This document shows, in pieces, positions 1 to 8,313 of a stretch of DNA of 54,445 bases; within the stretch, counting starts at the first letter, position 1; each line of letters begins with the position of its first letter. The position numbers and the translations under genes were made by a program. The notes below the pieces were generated by a model. That model did no database searches. It saw nothing but the letters and a program-made list of their open reading frames with translations, and was not told the DNA's origin. Origin of the DNA: a virus (taxonomy: Duplodnaviria; Caudoviricetes); IMG/VR virus record IMGVR_UViG_3300025138_000051, positions 1-54,445 of that record; one strand, 5' to 3'.

Positions 1-1
1 A

Positions 2-145
2 ACAGAAAATAGATTTGAAAGATGGACTTGGGGTAAAAATGCTCATTCAATAATAGACAATAAAAAAGATGGACAAGTAATTAAAGTTTATAGAACACGT
101 CAGGCTTGTATAAATAATGTAGAAAAATTAAATAATAATAATTAA
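2..145 (+). CDS. partial hypothetical early protein (5' truncated)
   Basis: Open frame from the window start (TENRFERWTWGKNAHS...KLNNNN) ending at TAA 143-145, 11 nt before the next ATG; not in the ORF track. Confidence 0.55.
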   Translation, partial: TENRFERWTWGKNAHSIIDNKKDGQVIKVYRTRQACINNVEKLNNNN

Positions 146-156
146 AAACAAAGACA

Positions 157-378
157 ATGAAAACATTTCAAAAAATCTTATTAGTATTCTGTTGGTTGTT
201 TGTTCACTCAGCAATTATAAAACTAATGATACATATTGTTAGAACAGAAATACAATCAATAACTAATTTAATTGTATTGATCCCTTTACTAATTTTCATG
301 GCGGTATTAATGTATTTCAGCGGTGGATTAGTTTATCATATAGTTAAATCAAAAAATCGTTTGAGCGATTTAAAATAG
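157..378 (+). CDS. small membrane protein, 2 predicted TM helices
   Basis: 73 aa ORF with two hydrophobic stretches and an A-rich leader. Confidence 0.75.
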   Translation: MKTFQKILLVFCWLFVHSAIIKLMIHIVRTEIQSITNLIVLIPLLIFMAVLMYFSGGLVYHIVKSKNRLSDLK

Positions 379-477
379 ACGTTAAGCTCAAAGCGTCCCA
401 AGAGTTTGAAGCTGACCATGAAAAATAGGTTATTTGATGGATTCTCTTGTGGGTCGTATAATATAAATAAATAAACA

Positions 478-678
478 ATGAAAAAAGTAACAACCGATGA
501 TACCAGAGATGTATCAATTTTATTAGTCCGCAGATTGATTGACTTGGGATATATTGAAGATAATGATGATTATTATTTTGATATACAAGATGTAATACAA
601 GATGAAATAAATGACTTATTAAATATAAGTGGAACTGATAATTTTTCAGAAATAATTTTTAAAACAATTAAACAATGA
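478..678 (+). CDS. acidic hypothetical early protein
   Basis: 66 aa, D/E-rich core (YIEDNDDYYFDIQDVIQDEIND). Confidence 0.8.
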   Translation: MKKVTTDDTRDVSILLVRRLIDLGYIEDNDDYYFDIQDVIQDEINDLLNISGTDNFSEIIFKTIKQ

Positions 679-842
679 AAAAAGTATTAATGATTGTGAT
701 GTGTATGCTCATAGCTACACCCACGCTGACAAGTTGTTCATCATCAAGAAGTTGTAAAACTTCTAAAATGAAAAAGAAATGGGCAAAAGATAATTATTGG
801 AAGTCTAACAAGAAACACAAAAAATCAAAATGGGGAAGATAA
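675..842 (+). CDS. small basic lipoprotein (55 aa)
   Basis: Own translation: MKKVLMIVMCMLIATPTLTSC-SSSRSCKTSKMKKKWAKDNYWKSNKKHKKSKWGR. Type II signal with lipobox LTSC; ATGA overlap with the upstream stop. Confidence 0.75.
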   Translation: MKKVLMIVMCMLIATPTLTSCSSSRSCKTSKMKKKWAKDNYWKSNKKHKKSKWGR

Positions 843-1429
843 AATTTAACTTAGAATTTGGGGGGTTTTATAACTCCGTTCACGAAAATGTCATTGATGA
901 TGCTATCAGCAATATGTTTCAAGATTATATAGATTTTGATTCATTCTATGAGTCCGATGATTATGATAATCTTGATTGGAAATCTATTCATGTTCAATAT
1001 TGTAAAATATATATAGACATATTAAACCATGAGCTTGATTTGAATTTGAAGTTTGTTAAATTAAATAGTCCACGCTTCTACAATTTTGAAACTGATAAGA
1101 TTGAAGCTGAAATATCTGGCAAAGAATTTAATAAATTAAAGTCAGAGTATCTAAACTCAAAAGAGTTCATTGACTATGTTAATGAAAGCTCTAAGTCCTA
1201 TGATGGATTTATTAGCTTCTACAATGGCATTGAGGCGGTAAAAGAGAATGATGAAATACTGTTAAATTATATGTTCAATTATATATTATGTTCCATTTCT
1301 GATGACATAGAGATGAGTCTTTATAATGTATTGGACGGGGTTTTTCAGTCAGGTAATGAAATAATTATTCCCTCATTTAGTAAAATGATATCAATTAATG
1401 TTAACAAAATGTTTAAAACACTTGCATAA
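830..1429 (+). CDS. acidic hypothetical phage protein
   Basis: 199 aa ORF, D/E/Y/F-rich; motifs FGGFYNS and SPRFYNFETD. Confidence 0.85.
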   Translation: MGKIKFNLEFGGFYNSVHENVIDDAISNMFQDYIDFDSFYESDDYDNLDWKSIHVQYCKIYIDILNHELDLNLKFVKLNSPRFYNFETDKIEAEISGKEFNKLKSEYLNSKEFIDYVNESSKSYDGFISFYNGIEAVKENDEILLNYMFNYILCSISDDIEMSLYNVLDGVFQSGNEIIIPSFSKMISINVNKMFKTLA

Positions 1430-1452
1430 GTCGTTTACATAATGTACATTTG
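1421..1452 (+). promoter_or_regulatory. Bacteroidota-type promoter (CTTG-N20-TACATTTG)
   Basis: -7 element TAnnTTTG at 1445-1452, -33-like CTTG at 1421-1424, 26 nt upstream of ATG 1479. Confidence 0.7.
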
Positions 1453-1478
1453 AATTAATAACTTAAAAAAAATAAATT

Positions 1479-2099
1479 ATGGCAAATTATTGTTGGAATT
1501 ATGTAGTTTTCAATGGCAAAGCTACACAGATTAAAAAATTAAGAAACAAGTTTAAACAATATGACAAAACGAATTGTTTTCTTGAGTTTGGAGACTATGT
1601 TTTAAACACAGGTAAGCTTGGTGCTACAAAAGAGGAGCTTGAAAAAAAGCATGGAGATGCATATTACTATGGTACACGAGATTGGGAATTTGACTTAAGA
1701 GACTATCCAGATGATGACAGAAATACTTTTACAGTAGCTGGAGACAGTGCTTGGAGTCCACCAATAGAATTAATAAGACAGATTTGTATTTTCTATGGAT
1801 TGTCTGCTGAGATGGACTACGAAGAGTGTATGGAAGATTTCGCAGGTGAAGTTAAGTTTGATGAAACAGGTATAAAAGACCATAAAGAAATGACTTATCA
1901 TGAGTACAGATACCATGATGATATTCCTTCTTGGAGAGATAACCTTGCTATGAATTATGAATATGAAGTTGACAGAGAAGACCTTGAATACGAAATGAAA
2001 ACATATCATAGCTATGCAAGTAAGACTCATATAAAGGAATTTATAGATTGGATTTTAGAAACCAATAGTCCTACTAACTTAAACTATAAAGACTTATAA
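1479..2099 (+). CDS. YubB/DUF1281-like ferredoxin-fold protein
   Basis: N-terminal MANYCWN, YYGTRDW and DSAWSPP match the MPNWC.N / WGTKW / F.TAWSPP pattern of that family. Confidence 0.7.
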   Translation: MANYCWNYVVFNGKATQIKKLRNKFKQYDKTNCFLEFGDYVLNTGKLGATKEELEKKHGDAYYYGTRDWEFDLRDYPDDDRNTFTVAGDSAWSPPIELIRQICIFYGLSAEMDYEECMEDFAGEVKFDETGIKDHKEMTYHEYRYHDDIPSWRDNLAMNYEYEVDREDLEYEMKTYHSYASKTHIKEFIDWILETNSPTNLNYKDL

Positions 2100-2101
2100 T
2101 T

Positions 2102-2344
2102 ATGAAAATTACAATAAACAAAAATCAACAAGCGATTAATTTCAAAAAACATGTCTACCAAATAATAGCAATAGCAAAAGATAAAGCAAAAAATGGTATA
2201 GAAAGGTTTTATTATCCGATACCACGAAATCAGGGGATAGATAGCCATTCATTAATTGAAGAGGTGGAAAAGCAAACTGAGGAAAGCGTGTATGGAGGAT
2301 ACAAGTGCATTAAAGACGGACAAATAAAATTTTCAATAGGATAA
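2102..2344 (+). CDS. hypothetical protein
   Basis: 80 aa, tightly packed in the early operon. Confidence 0.75.
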   Translation: MKITINKNQQAINFKKHVYQIIAIAKDKAKNGIERFYYPIPRNQGIDSHSLIEEVEKQTEESVYGGYKCIKDGQIKFSIG

Positions 2345-2347
2345 ATT

Positions 2348-2578
2348 ATGGCAAGACATTATAACAAAAACACTTATGATTCAGTGATTGAATTAAAAAC
2401 GTATGAGGTTGAAGCTCTGCGTAAAGAAATAAAATCTTTAACAGAAAAACTTCAAAAATCAGACATGATGTTAATGTGGTACAATGACTTTGTAGATTTA
2501 GTACAAGACCAACACAATAATATATATAATTCAGCGTGTGAATATGCTGATGAAAAAGAACATTTAACTTTAAATTAA
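2348..2578 (+). CDS. hypothetical coiled-coil protein
   Basis: 76 aa with a heptad pattern (VEALRKEIKSLTEKL). Confidence 0.75.
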   Translation: MARHYNKNTYDSVIELKTYEVEALRKEIKSLTEKLQKSDMMLMWYNDFVDLVQDQHNNIYNSACEYADEKEHLTLN

Positions 2579-2584
2579 ATAGAC

Positions 2585-2749
2585 ATGGAAAACGAATTAA
2601 TAGATACTTATTACACATGGTATATAGAAGAATGTTCAGAACCATTTAACGAAATGAAATGGCTTATAAATTGTGCGTTATCTTCTGAAACAGAAAGAGA
2701 TAATGTAATGCAAGCACTAAAAGACGTATTAAAACATAAAATTAAATAA
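2585..2749 (+). CDS. hypothetical protein (54 aa)
   Basis: Own translation MENELIDTYYTWYIEEC...VLKHKIK; fills the gap between neighbours almost exactly. Confidence 0.7.
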   Translation: MENELIDTYYTWYIEECSEPFNEMKWLINCALSSETERDNVMQALKDVLKHKIK

Positions 2750-2750
2750 A

Positions 2751-2993
2751 ATGAAATACAAAAATTATGTCAATTCAATTATCAGCGAGATCGATAGTGA
2801 ATTAAAAACTCCTTACAATAGGTATCAAATGATTCTTATAATTAAAAGACATGGCGGTGATGAATTTGAAACCGCAGAAGATGTTTGGGATTTAGCAATG
2901 CAAACAGATGCTGAAATTGCATCTAATCTTCAAAACATGAAAGAATATTATTTAAGAATTAAAGAAGAATATCATTATGAAACGGAGTTATAA
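2751..2993 (+). CDS. hypothetical protein
   Basis: 80 aa, starts 1 nt after the upstream stop. Confidence 0.75.
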   Translation: MKYKNYVNSIISEIDSELKTPYNRYQMILIIKRHGGDEFETAEDVWDLAMQTDAEIASNLQNMKEYYLRIKEEYHYETEL

Positions 2994-3210
2994 CGGAACG
3001 TATACAATAGAACAAGACCACTATACATTAGCTATAATGTACACATATTATTCTGATGATGGAGACTACTTTAATCCTCCAGAGGAAGACTTTGAAATTA
3101 TAGATATAGAATACAATGGCATGGATATTACAGATTTTTTCTGGGATTATTTAGATGGTAGTGGCTTATGGTATGATGCTCTTGAGTATGCAAGAGATAG
3201 AGCGGAATAA
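2977..3210 (+). CDS. highly acidic small protein
   Basis: 77 aa, about 19 D/E versus 4 K/R, aromatic-rich. Confidence 0.8.
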   Translation: MKRSYNGTYTIEQDHYTLAIMYTYYSDDGDYFNPPEEDFEIIDIEYNGMDITDFFWDYLDGSGLWYDALEYARDRAE

Positions 3211-3212
3211 AT

Positions 3213-3250
3213 TTTGCAATGTTAAATATATAAACTACTTTTGTACAAAA
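3213..3250 (+). promoter_or_regulatory. Bacteroidota-type promoter (TTTG-N19-TACTTTTG) with overlapping palindrome TTTTGTACAAAA
   Basis: Exact -33 (3213-3216) and -7 (3236-3243) consensus in the intergenic gap. Confidence 0.8.
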
Positions 3251-3278
3251 CATTGACATTTAATCAAATTTAAAACAC

Positions 3279-3587
3279 ATGAAAAAAAATATATTCGATA
3301 TGTACGCTGATGCGGTTGCTACGCAATTTCATATCACACTTGACCAAATGTTTTCTGGAGATAGAAGAAGAGATATTGTCGATGCAAGGCAAATGCTTTA
3401 TTTCATCTGCATGGAAAGACCTATCAGAATTAGTTATATTCAGAGATTTATGGAAGAGAACGAGTGTCCTGTAAAACACAGTACTATTATTCATGGATAC
3501 AATAGAGCTAAAAGTTTAATTGACAATGACCCTGACTATCAGGAAATTGTAGACCAAATCCAACAAACCAATGCAAAAGTATCATGA
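3279..3587 (+). CDS. stand-alone DnaA C-terminal-like HTH DNA-binding protein
   Basis: RRRDIVDARQMLYFI...HSTIIHG matches the DnaA domain IV signature (R...V..RQ.AMYL...DHSTV.H). Confidence 0.8.
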   Translation: MKKNIFDMYADAVATQFHITLDQMFSGDRRRDIVDARQMLYFICMERPIRISYIQRFMEENECPVKHSTIIHGYNRAKSLIDNDPDYQEIVDQIQQTNAKVS

Positions 3588-3966
3588 TATTCAGGATATA
3601 TTAAAACAAGCTTTGGAAGATCAAAAGTCTATAACAACTATCCTTACAAAAGGCTTAGCGGTTATAGGAAGAGGAGTTAAGATTCAAAAATTTGAAGATA
3701 AGACAGAGATTCTAAACATGGGCAAAGGCGGTATGTATTATTTAGAATGTGATAGTGAAGAGTATGGGTTTTTTGCTGAGCATGGTTGGATTGAAGGCTC
3801 AAAACATATTGCTTTAAATAATTGTCTACATAAATTAAGTCTTGTAGAAGACAGAATAAAGGAAGAGATGAACACCAGAAAGAATGATAAGCACATTCAA
3901 AACATGAAGACCAGAAGAGAAAACCTTTTAAAAAAATACTTCATCATTAAACAAGAATTAAATTAA
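3571..3966 (+). CDS. hypothetical protein
   Basis: 131 aa with a C-terminal helical/coiled-coil region. Confidence 0.8.
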   Translation: MQKYHDIQDILKQALEDQKSITTILTKGLAVIGRGVKIQKFEDKTEILNMGKGGMYYLECDSEEYGFFAEHGWIEGSKHIALNNCLHKLSLVEDRIKEEMNTRKNDKHIQNMKTRRENLLKKYFIIKQELN

Positions 3967-3975
3967 ATAAATATT

Positions 3976-4620
3976 ATGAAACAGAACACAATTTTTGAAA
4001 CTTTAGGTAAGCTTCAAGTTTCAGACAAGACCCAAAAGAAAGGTAGATTCTCTTATCTATCATGGGCATGGGCTTGGCACATCTTAAAACAAAACTATCC
4101 AGATGCTCAGCGTAAAGTATATGAGAATCCTGAAGGAGTTCCATATTTTACTGATGGCAAATTTGCTAATGTAAAAGTTGGAATTATAATCAATGGGTTA
4201 GAGCATATTGATTACCTTCCGATTACTGACAATTCAAACAGGTCTATTCCTTTGGTAAAAATTACATCATTTCAAGTTAACACTGCTATACAAAGATCAA
4301 CTGCAAAAGCTATTGCTCTTCATGGACTTGCATTGTCTTTATGGATTGATGAAGACACAACTAAGTGTTGGGGAACTCCAGATGCACCACTCAAATCAAC
4401 TGATAAAAAGAAAGATACTGATAAATACACTATTCAAATCAATGACCCTGAAAAGTGGGACGATATGATGGATTATGTAGTCAAGTGGAAAGCCAAAGGT
4501 TTAACTTGGATTATAAATAATATCAGTAAAGAGTATATCATTACAAAAGAAGTGGAAAATCAAATCAAAATCAAATTAAATGGAAAAGGAAAAAGTACTA
4601 AAAAAACTACAAAACGATAA
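3976..4620 (+). CDS. single-strand annealing protein, Sak3/DUF1071-like
   Basis: YLSWAWAW and VNTAIQRSTAKAIALHGLAL motifs; upstream of exonuclease and SSB. Confidence 0.85.
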   Translation: MKQNTIFETLGKLQVSDKTQKKGRFSYLSWAWAWHILKQNYPDAQRKVYENPEGVPYFTDGKFANVKVGIIINGLEHIDYLPITDNSNRSIPLVKITSFQVNTAIQRSTAKAIALHGLALSLWIDEDTTKCWGTPDAPLKSTDKKKDTDKYTIQINDPEKWDDMMDYVVKWKAKGLTWIINNISKEYIITKEVENQIKIKLNGKGKSTKKTTKR

Positions 4621-5320
4621 AGATTATTACGGAGAGTTTGGTAGAAAGTATTTGTCCGCTTCAAATGTTCGTAGTTTATTATACGAACCTACACGATATG
4701 GTCAGTTTGAAAAAACTCTTCCGTTAATACAAGGGGGATACTTTCACACATTAATGCTTGAGCCTGAAAAACTTAAAGAGTATCATGTACTTGACTGTAA
4801 AACCAGAAACAACAAAGAGTTTAATGGATACAGAGCTGAGAACAACTTACATCAGTATGATATTTTATTGTCGCATGAGGTCGAAAAGATTAACAGATGG
4901 GCAGATAAAATGACATCGAACTTTGAATTATATAAGATGATATATGACTCTAAGAATAAGTTTGAAGTTCCAAACATCACAACTATTGGTGGGTTAGATT
5001 GGAAAGGTAAATGTGATATTCTGGGCGAGGATTATGTATATGATTTGAAAACTTCAGGAAACGTTCATAAATTCCGTTGGTCATGCAAGGAGTATTGTTA
5101 TGATGCTCAAGCGTATATATACCAAACATTATTTAATAAACCAATGAGGTTTATTGTTATTGACAAAACAACATTAGAAGTAAAAATCGCTGATTGCTCT
5201 GAGGAGTTTATTGATAGCGGTCAACAAAAAGTAGAAAATGCAATCAAAGTTTATAAAAAGTTTTTTGGTGATGAAGCAGATGATGACATTGATAGCTTCA
5301 TATATAGAGAAAAGTTATAG
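4580..5320 (+). CDS. RecE/exonuclease VIII-like PD-(D/E)XK nuclease (DUF3799-like)
   Basis: LSAS, G.YFH...LEP, KGKCD, DLKT and Y..QAY.Y motifs. Confidence 0.85.
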   Translation: MEKEKVLKKLQNDKDYYGEFGRKYLSASNVRSLLYEPTRYGQFEKTLPLIQGGYFHTLMLEPEKLKEYHVLDCKTRNNKEFNGYRAENNLHQYDILLSHEVEKINRWADKMTSNFELYKMIYDSKNKFEVPNITTIGGLDWKGKCDILGEDYVYDLKTSGNVHKFRWSCKEYCYDAQAYIYQTLFNKPMRFIVIDKTTLEVKIADCSEEFIDSGQQKVENAIKVYKKFFGDEADDDIDSFIYREKL

Positions 5321-5438
5321 TAAAAGTATACAAGTAGAAGTTCCAAATACTTGCATGAGTAGAAATGATAAGGACAACCTTATTAGTGCTACAATTAATT
5401 TCTTGGAGCATAACATTAAAATTAAAGATAATGAGTAA
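5238..5438 (+). CDS. possible small overlapping hypothetical protein
   Basis: This frame fills the 110-nt gap between exonuclease and SSB and overlaps the SSB start; true start uncertain. Confidence 0.4.
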   Translation: MQSKFIKSFLVMKQMMTLIASYIEKSYSKSIQVEVPNTCMSRNDKDNLISATINFLEHNIKIKDNE

Positions 5439-5718
5439 CAATCAGAATCAAAAACCTATCTATGTCGGAAGTGGTGTAGAAAAGTTTGACGGGGATCTAA
5501 TCGAAGTTTCAGTTTGTTTATCCGACTTACCATCAGAGCATCGCTTTGAGTACAACGGTAAGTGGTATGCAAAGCTTAAGATTAATCGTAAAAGAGAGAC
5601 AGATGAATATGGTAAAACACATTCAGTGTCTATCAACACGTGGAAGCCAGAGCCGAAACAAAATGAAAAACAAGTAGCTAACCCTGTAGCAGAAAATGAT
5701 GGTGATTTACCATTTTAA
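5431..5718 (+). CDS. ssDNA-binding protein
   Basis: Acidic C-terminal tail NDGDLPF; start revised to MSNNQ at 5431; typical SSAP-exonuclease-SSB order. Confidence 0.75.
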   Translation: MSNNQNQKPIYVGSGVEKFDGDLIEVSVCLSDLPSEHRFEYNGKWYAKLKINRKRETDEYGKTHSVSINTWKPEPKQNEKQVANPVAENDGDLPF

Positions 5719-5738
5719 TTAAATCAAGTGTTGTAATT

Positions 5739-5779
5739 AAGAGGTAGACCGTATGATTGCTCTTACCTACCTCTTTCTT
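5739..5779 (+). terminator. stem-loop after SSB (terminator-like)
   Basis: AAGAGGTAG (5739-5747) pairs with CTACCTCTT (5767-5775); 19-nt loop; weak U tract. Confidence 0.5.
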
Positions 5780-5886
5780 ATGACGTAAATGACAAACAGA
5801 ACAACTAATTTAGGGAACAAGGAATATACAATACTATATATATTTTTTATATATAATTATCTATTTATTTCTGTCATTTCTGTCAT
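5780..5886. other. candidate replication origin: inverted 9-bp tandem repeats flanking an AT-rich core
   Basis: ATGACGTAA ATGACAAAC at 5780-5797; TTCTGTCAT x2 at 5869-5886; near-pure AT tract about 5831-5870. Confidence 0.55.
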
Positions 5887-5913
5887 TAAAGAAGTAAAAT
5901 AAACTATAATTAA

Positions 5914-8313
5914 ATGGAAATAACTATATTTAAAGATATAAAAGAAACTTCACAACCTTTTTACAGAGACGTAAATATTATTCTTGATAGGATAAGAGAC
6001 GGTGCTTCTAAAGACATTATTAAAAGAATACGTTCTGAAAAAGATAAAGAAAAAATAAATAATTTAAAACAACAGCTACCTGCTGTATGTTTCAGTGGTA
6101 AGTTCACAAAACGAAATGATAAATCATTAAGTCAACACAGTGGATTGATTTGTTTAGATTTCGATGGCTATCCTAACAACAGAGAATTACTTCAAGAAAA
6201 AGAAAAACTTGCAAAGAATAAATATGTGTACTCAGTATTTATATCTCCAAGTGGAAACGGATTAAAAGCAGTTGTTAAAATACCACCAATACCAGAAAAC
6301 CATAAGAATTATTTTCTTGGGTTAGAAAAACATTTTTCTTCACAATATTTTGACATCTCTTGTAAAAATGTATCACGTGTATGCTATGAAAGTTATGATC
6401 CTCTAATCTATTTCAATGAAAACGCAAGTGTTTGGGATAAATTAGAAGACAAAGAGTACACAGAAGTTGTAAAGCACGTAGATATACAGACAATACCTGT
6501 CACTGACGAGAATAAAATCGTAGAAATTTTAGTAAAGTGGTGGCAAAAAAAATATCCTATGATGGAAGGAGCAAGGAACAATAACATTTATGTATTGGCT
6601 TCTGCTTTTAATGACTTTGGAGTAAACCAAACCTTGGCTGAGTATATTATGTCAAGCTTTGAAACTTCTTCATTTAAAAAAGATGAAATCAAAAGAACTA
6701 TATCATCTGCTTATAACAATAAACAAAACTTTGGCACAAAGTATTATGAGGACGAAGAAAAAGTCAGCATGATTAAAGTTAAATTAAAGCGTGGTGTATC
6801 AAAAAAAGAAATTAAGACTCAGCTCGATGCAGTTGACCCTATCATTGTCGAGAATGTTGTAAACAGATTAGAAGAAGAACAATCTAATCACAAGTTTTGG
6901 ACAAAGAATGAGAAAGGTGTTATAAAAATAGTACACATTTTATTCAAGCATTTTTTAGAGGAGAATGGTTTTTATAAGTTTAACCCTGAAGGAAGTAAGA
7001 ATTATGTATTTGTAAGAGTAACAAATAATTTGATTGACCATACTGCAGAGAAAGAAATTAAAGATTTTATATTAGATTATTTGTTAGAGGTTGATGATTA
7101 TACTGTTTATAATTACTTTGCAGAACATACCAGATACTTTAGAGAAGAGTTTTTAACCTTGTTAAACTCAATAGAGGTGTATTTTATAGAAGACAGTAAA
7201 GACACATCATACTTATATTATCGTAATGGAGCGGTTAAGATAAAGGAAGACAGTGTAACTATGATTGACTACCTCGACTTAGGTGGTTATGTATGGAAAG
7301 ACCACGTTATAGATAGAGATTTTGCATTTTGTGATAGTGTTCATTGTGACTATCAAAACTTTATAAGTAACATATGCGGTGGCGATGAAGAAAGAACATT
7401 GTCTATGAAAAGCACCATAGGATATATGCTCCATGGCTGGAAAAACTTAGCCTATTGTCCTGCTATAATACTCAATGATGAAGTTATATCTGACAATCCT
7501 GAAGGTGGTAGTGGAAAAGGATTATGGATTAATGGACTAAGCCAAATGAAAAAGGTTGTAGTTATAGATGGTAAGTCTTTTAATTTTGAGAAAAGCTTTG
7601 CATACCAACTTGTTTCAGCAGATACACAAGTCTTAACTTTTGATGATGTACGTAAACACTTTGACTTTGAAAGATTATTCTCTGTTGTAACAGAAGGATT
7701 AACTCTTGAAAAGAAAAATAAAGATGCTATTAAAATACCTTTCAGCAAGTCCCCTAAAATTGCCATAACTACTAACTATGCCATCAAAGGCAAGGGGACT
7801 TCGTTTGAAAGACGAAAGTGGGAATTAGAATTAGCACATCATTATAACAAAGATTACACACCTTTAGAAGAGTTTGGTAAGATGATGTTTGGAGACTGGA
7901 ATGATGAAGAGTGGTGTCAGTTTGATAACTACATGATTCAATGTCTTCAGCTATATTTAGAAAAAGGATTAATAAAAAGTACATTTGTTAACCTTAAAAT
8001 ACGTAAGTTATCAGCTGAAACATGCCATGAGTTTATTGAGTGGTGTGGAGTTTTAGGAGACGCTATGCATGATAAATTAAGGGTTGGCGGTAAAAGAAAC
8101 AAGTCAGATTTGTATTTAGATTTTGTAGAGGACTATCCAGATTTTGCACCTAAATCAAAAATGACAGTGAGCCGTACTCGTTTTAATAAATGGTTGATAG
8201 CATTTAGTCAGTTTAAGTATGATTGTTCACCAGAAGAAGGCAGAGAGGCTAATATGAGATGGATAAGGTTTAGAAACAAACATGAATTAGAAACACAAGG
8301 AGATTTATTTTAA
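5914..8313 (+). CDS. primase-helicase (BT4734/VirE-N-like primase, PriCT-like domain, P-loop helicase)
   Basis: HSGLICLDFD, FISPSGNGLK, GARNN, Walker A GGSGKG, Walker B LTFDD, ITTN. Confidence 0.9.
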   Translation: MEITIFKDIKETSQPFYRDVNIILDRIRDGASKDIIKRIRSEKDKEKINNLKQQLPAVCFSGKFTKRNDKSLSQHSGLICLDFDGYPNNRELLQEKEKLAKNKYVYSVFISPSGNGLKAVVKIPPIPENHKNYFLGLEKHFSSQYFDISCKNVSRVCYESYDPLIYFNENASVWDKLEDKEYTEVVKHVDIQTIPVTDENKIVEILVKWWQKKYPMMEGARNNNIYVLASAFNDFGVNQTLAEYIMSSFETSSFKKDEIKRTISSAYNNKQNFGTKYYEDEEKVSMIKVKLKRGVSKKEIKTQLDAVDPIIVENVVNRLEEEQSNHKFWTKNEKGVIKIVHILFKHFLEENGFYKFNPEGSKNYVFVRVTNNLIDHTAEKEIKDFILDYLLEVDDYTVYNYFAEHTRYFREEFLTLLNSIEVYFIEDSKDTSYLYYRNGAVKIKEDSVTMIDYLDLGGYVWKDHVIDRDFAFCDSVHCDYQNFISNICGGDEERTLSMKSTIGYMLHGWKNLAYCPAIILNDEVISDNPEGGSGKGLWINGLSQMKKVVVIDGKSFNFEKSFAYQLVSADTQVLTFDDVRKHFDFERLFSVVTEGLTLEKKNKDAIKIPFSKSPKIAITTNYAIKGKGTSFERRKWELELAHHYNKDYTPLEEFGKMMFGDWNDEEWCQFDNYMIQCLQLYLEKGLIKSTFVNLKIRKLSAETCHEFIEWCGVLGDAMHDKLRVGGKRNKSDLYLDFVEDYPDFAPKSKMTVSRTRFNKWLIAFSQFKYDCSPEEGREANMRWIRFRNKHELETQGDLF

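Noticed and set aside
1-145. Terminal repeat or circular junction with the window end
   Set aside because: The two ends lie within different genes on opposite strands and share no evident sequence, so the divergent control region is outside the window.
5365-5430. Signal-peptide-like N-terminal extension on the SSB in the ORF track
   Set aside because: An exported SSB is implausible; ATG 5431 has a typical A-rich leader and another frame occupies this stretch.
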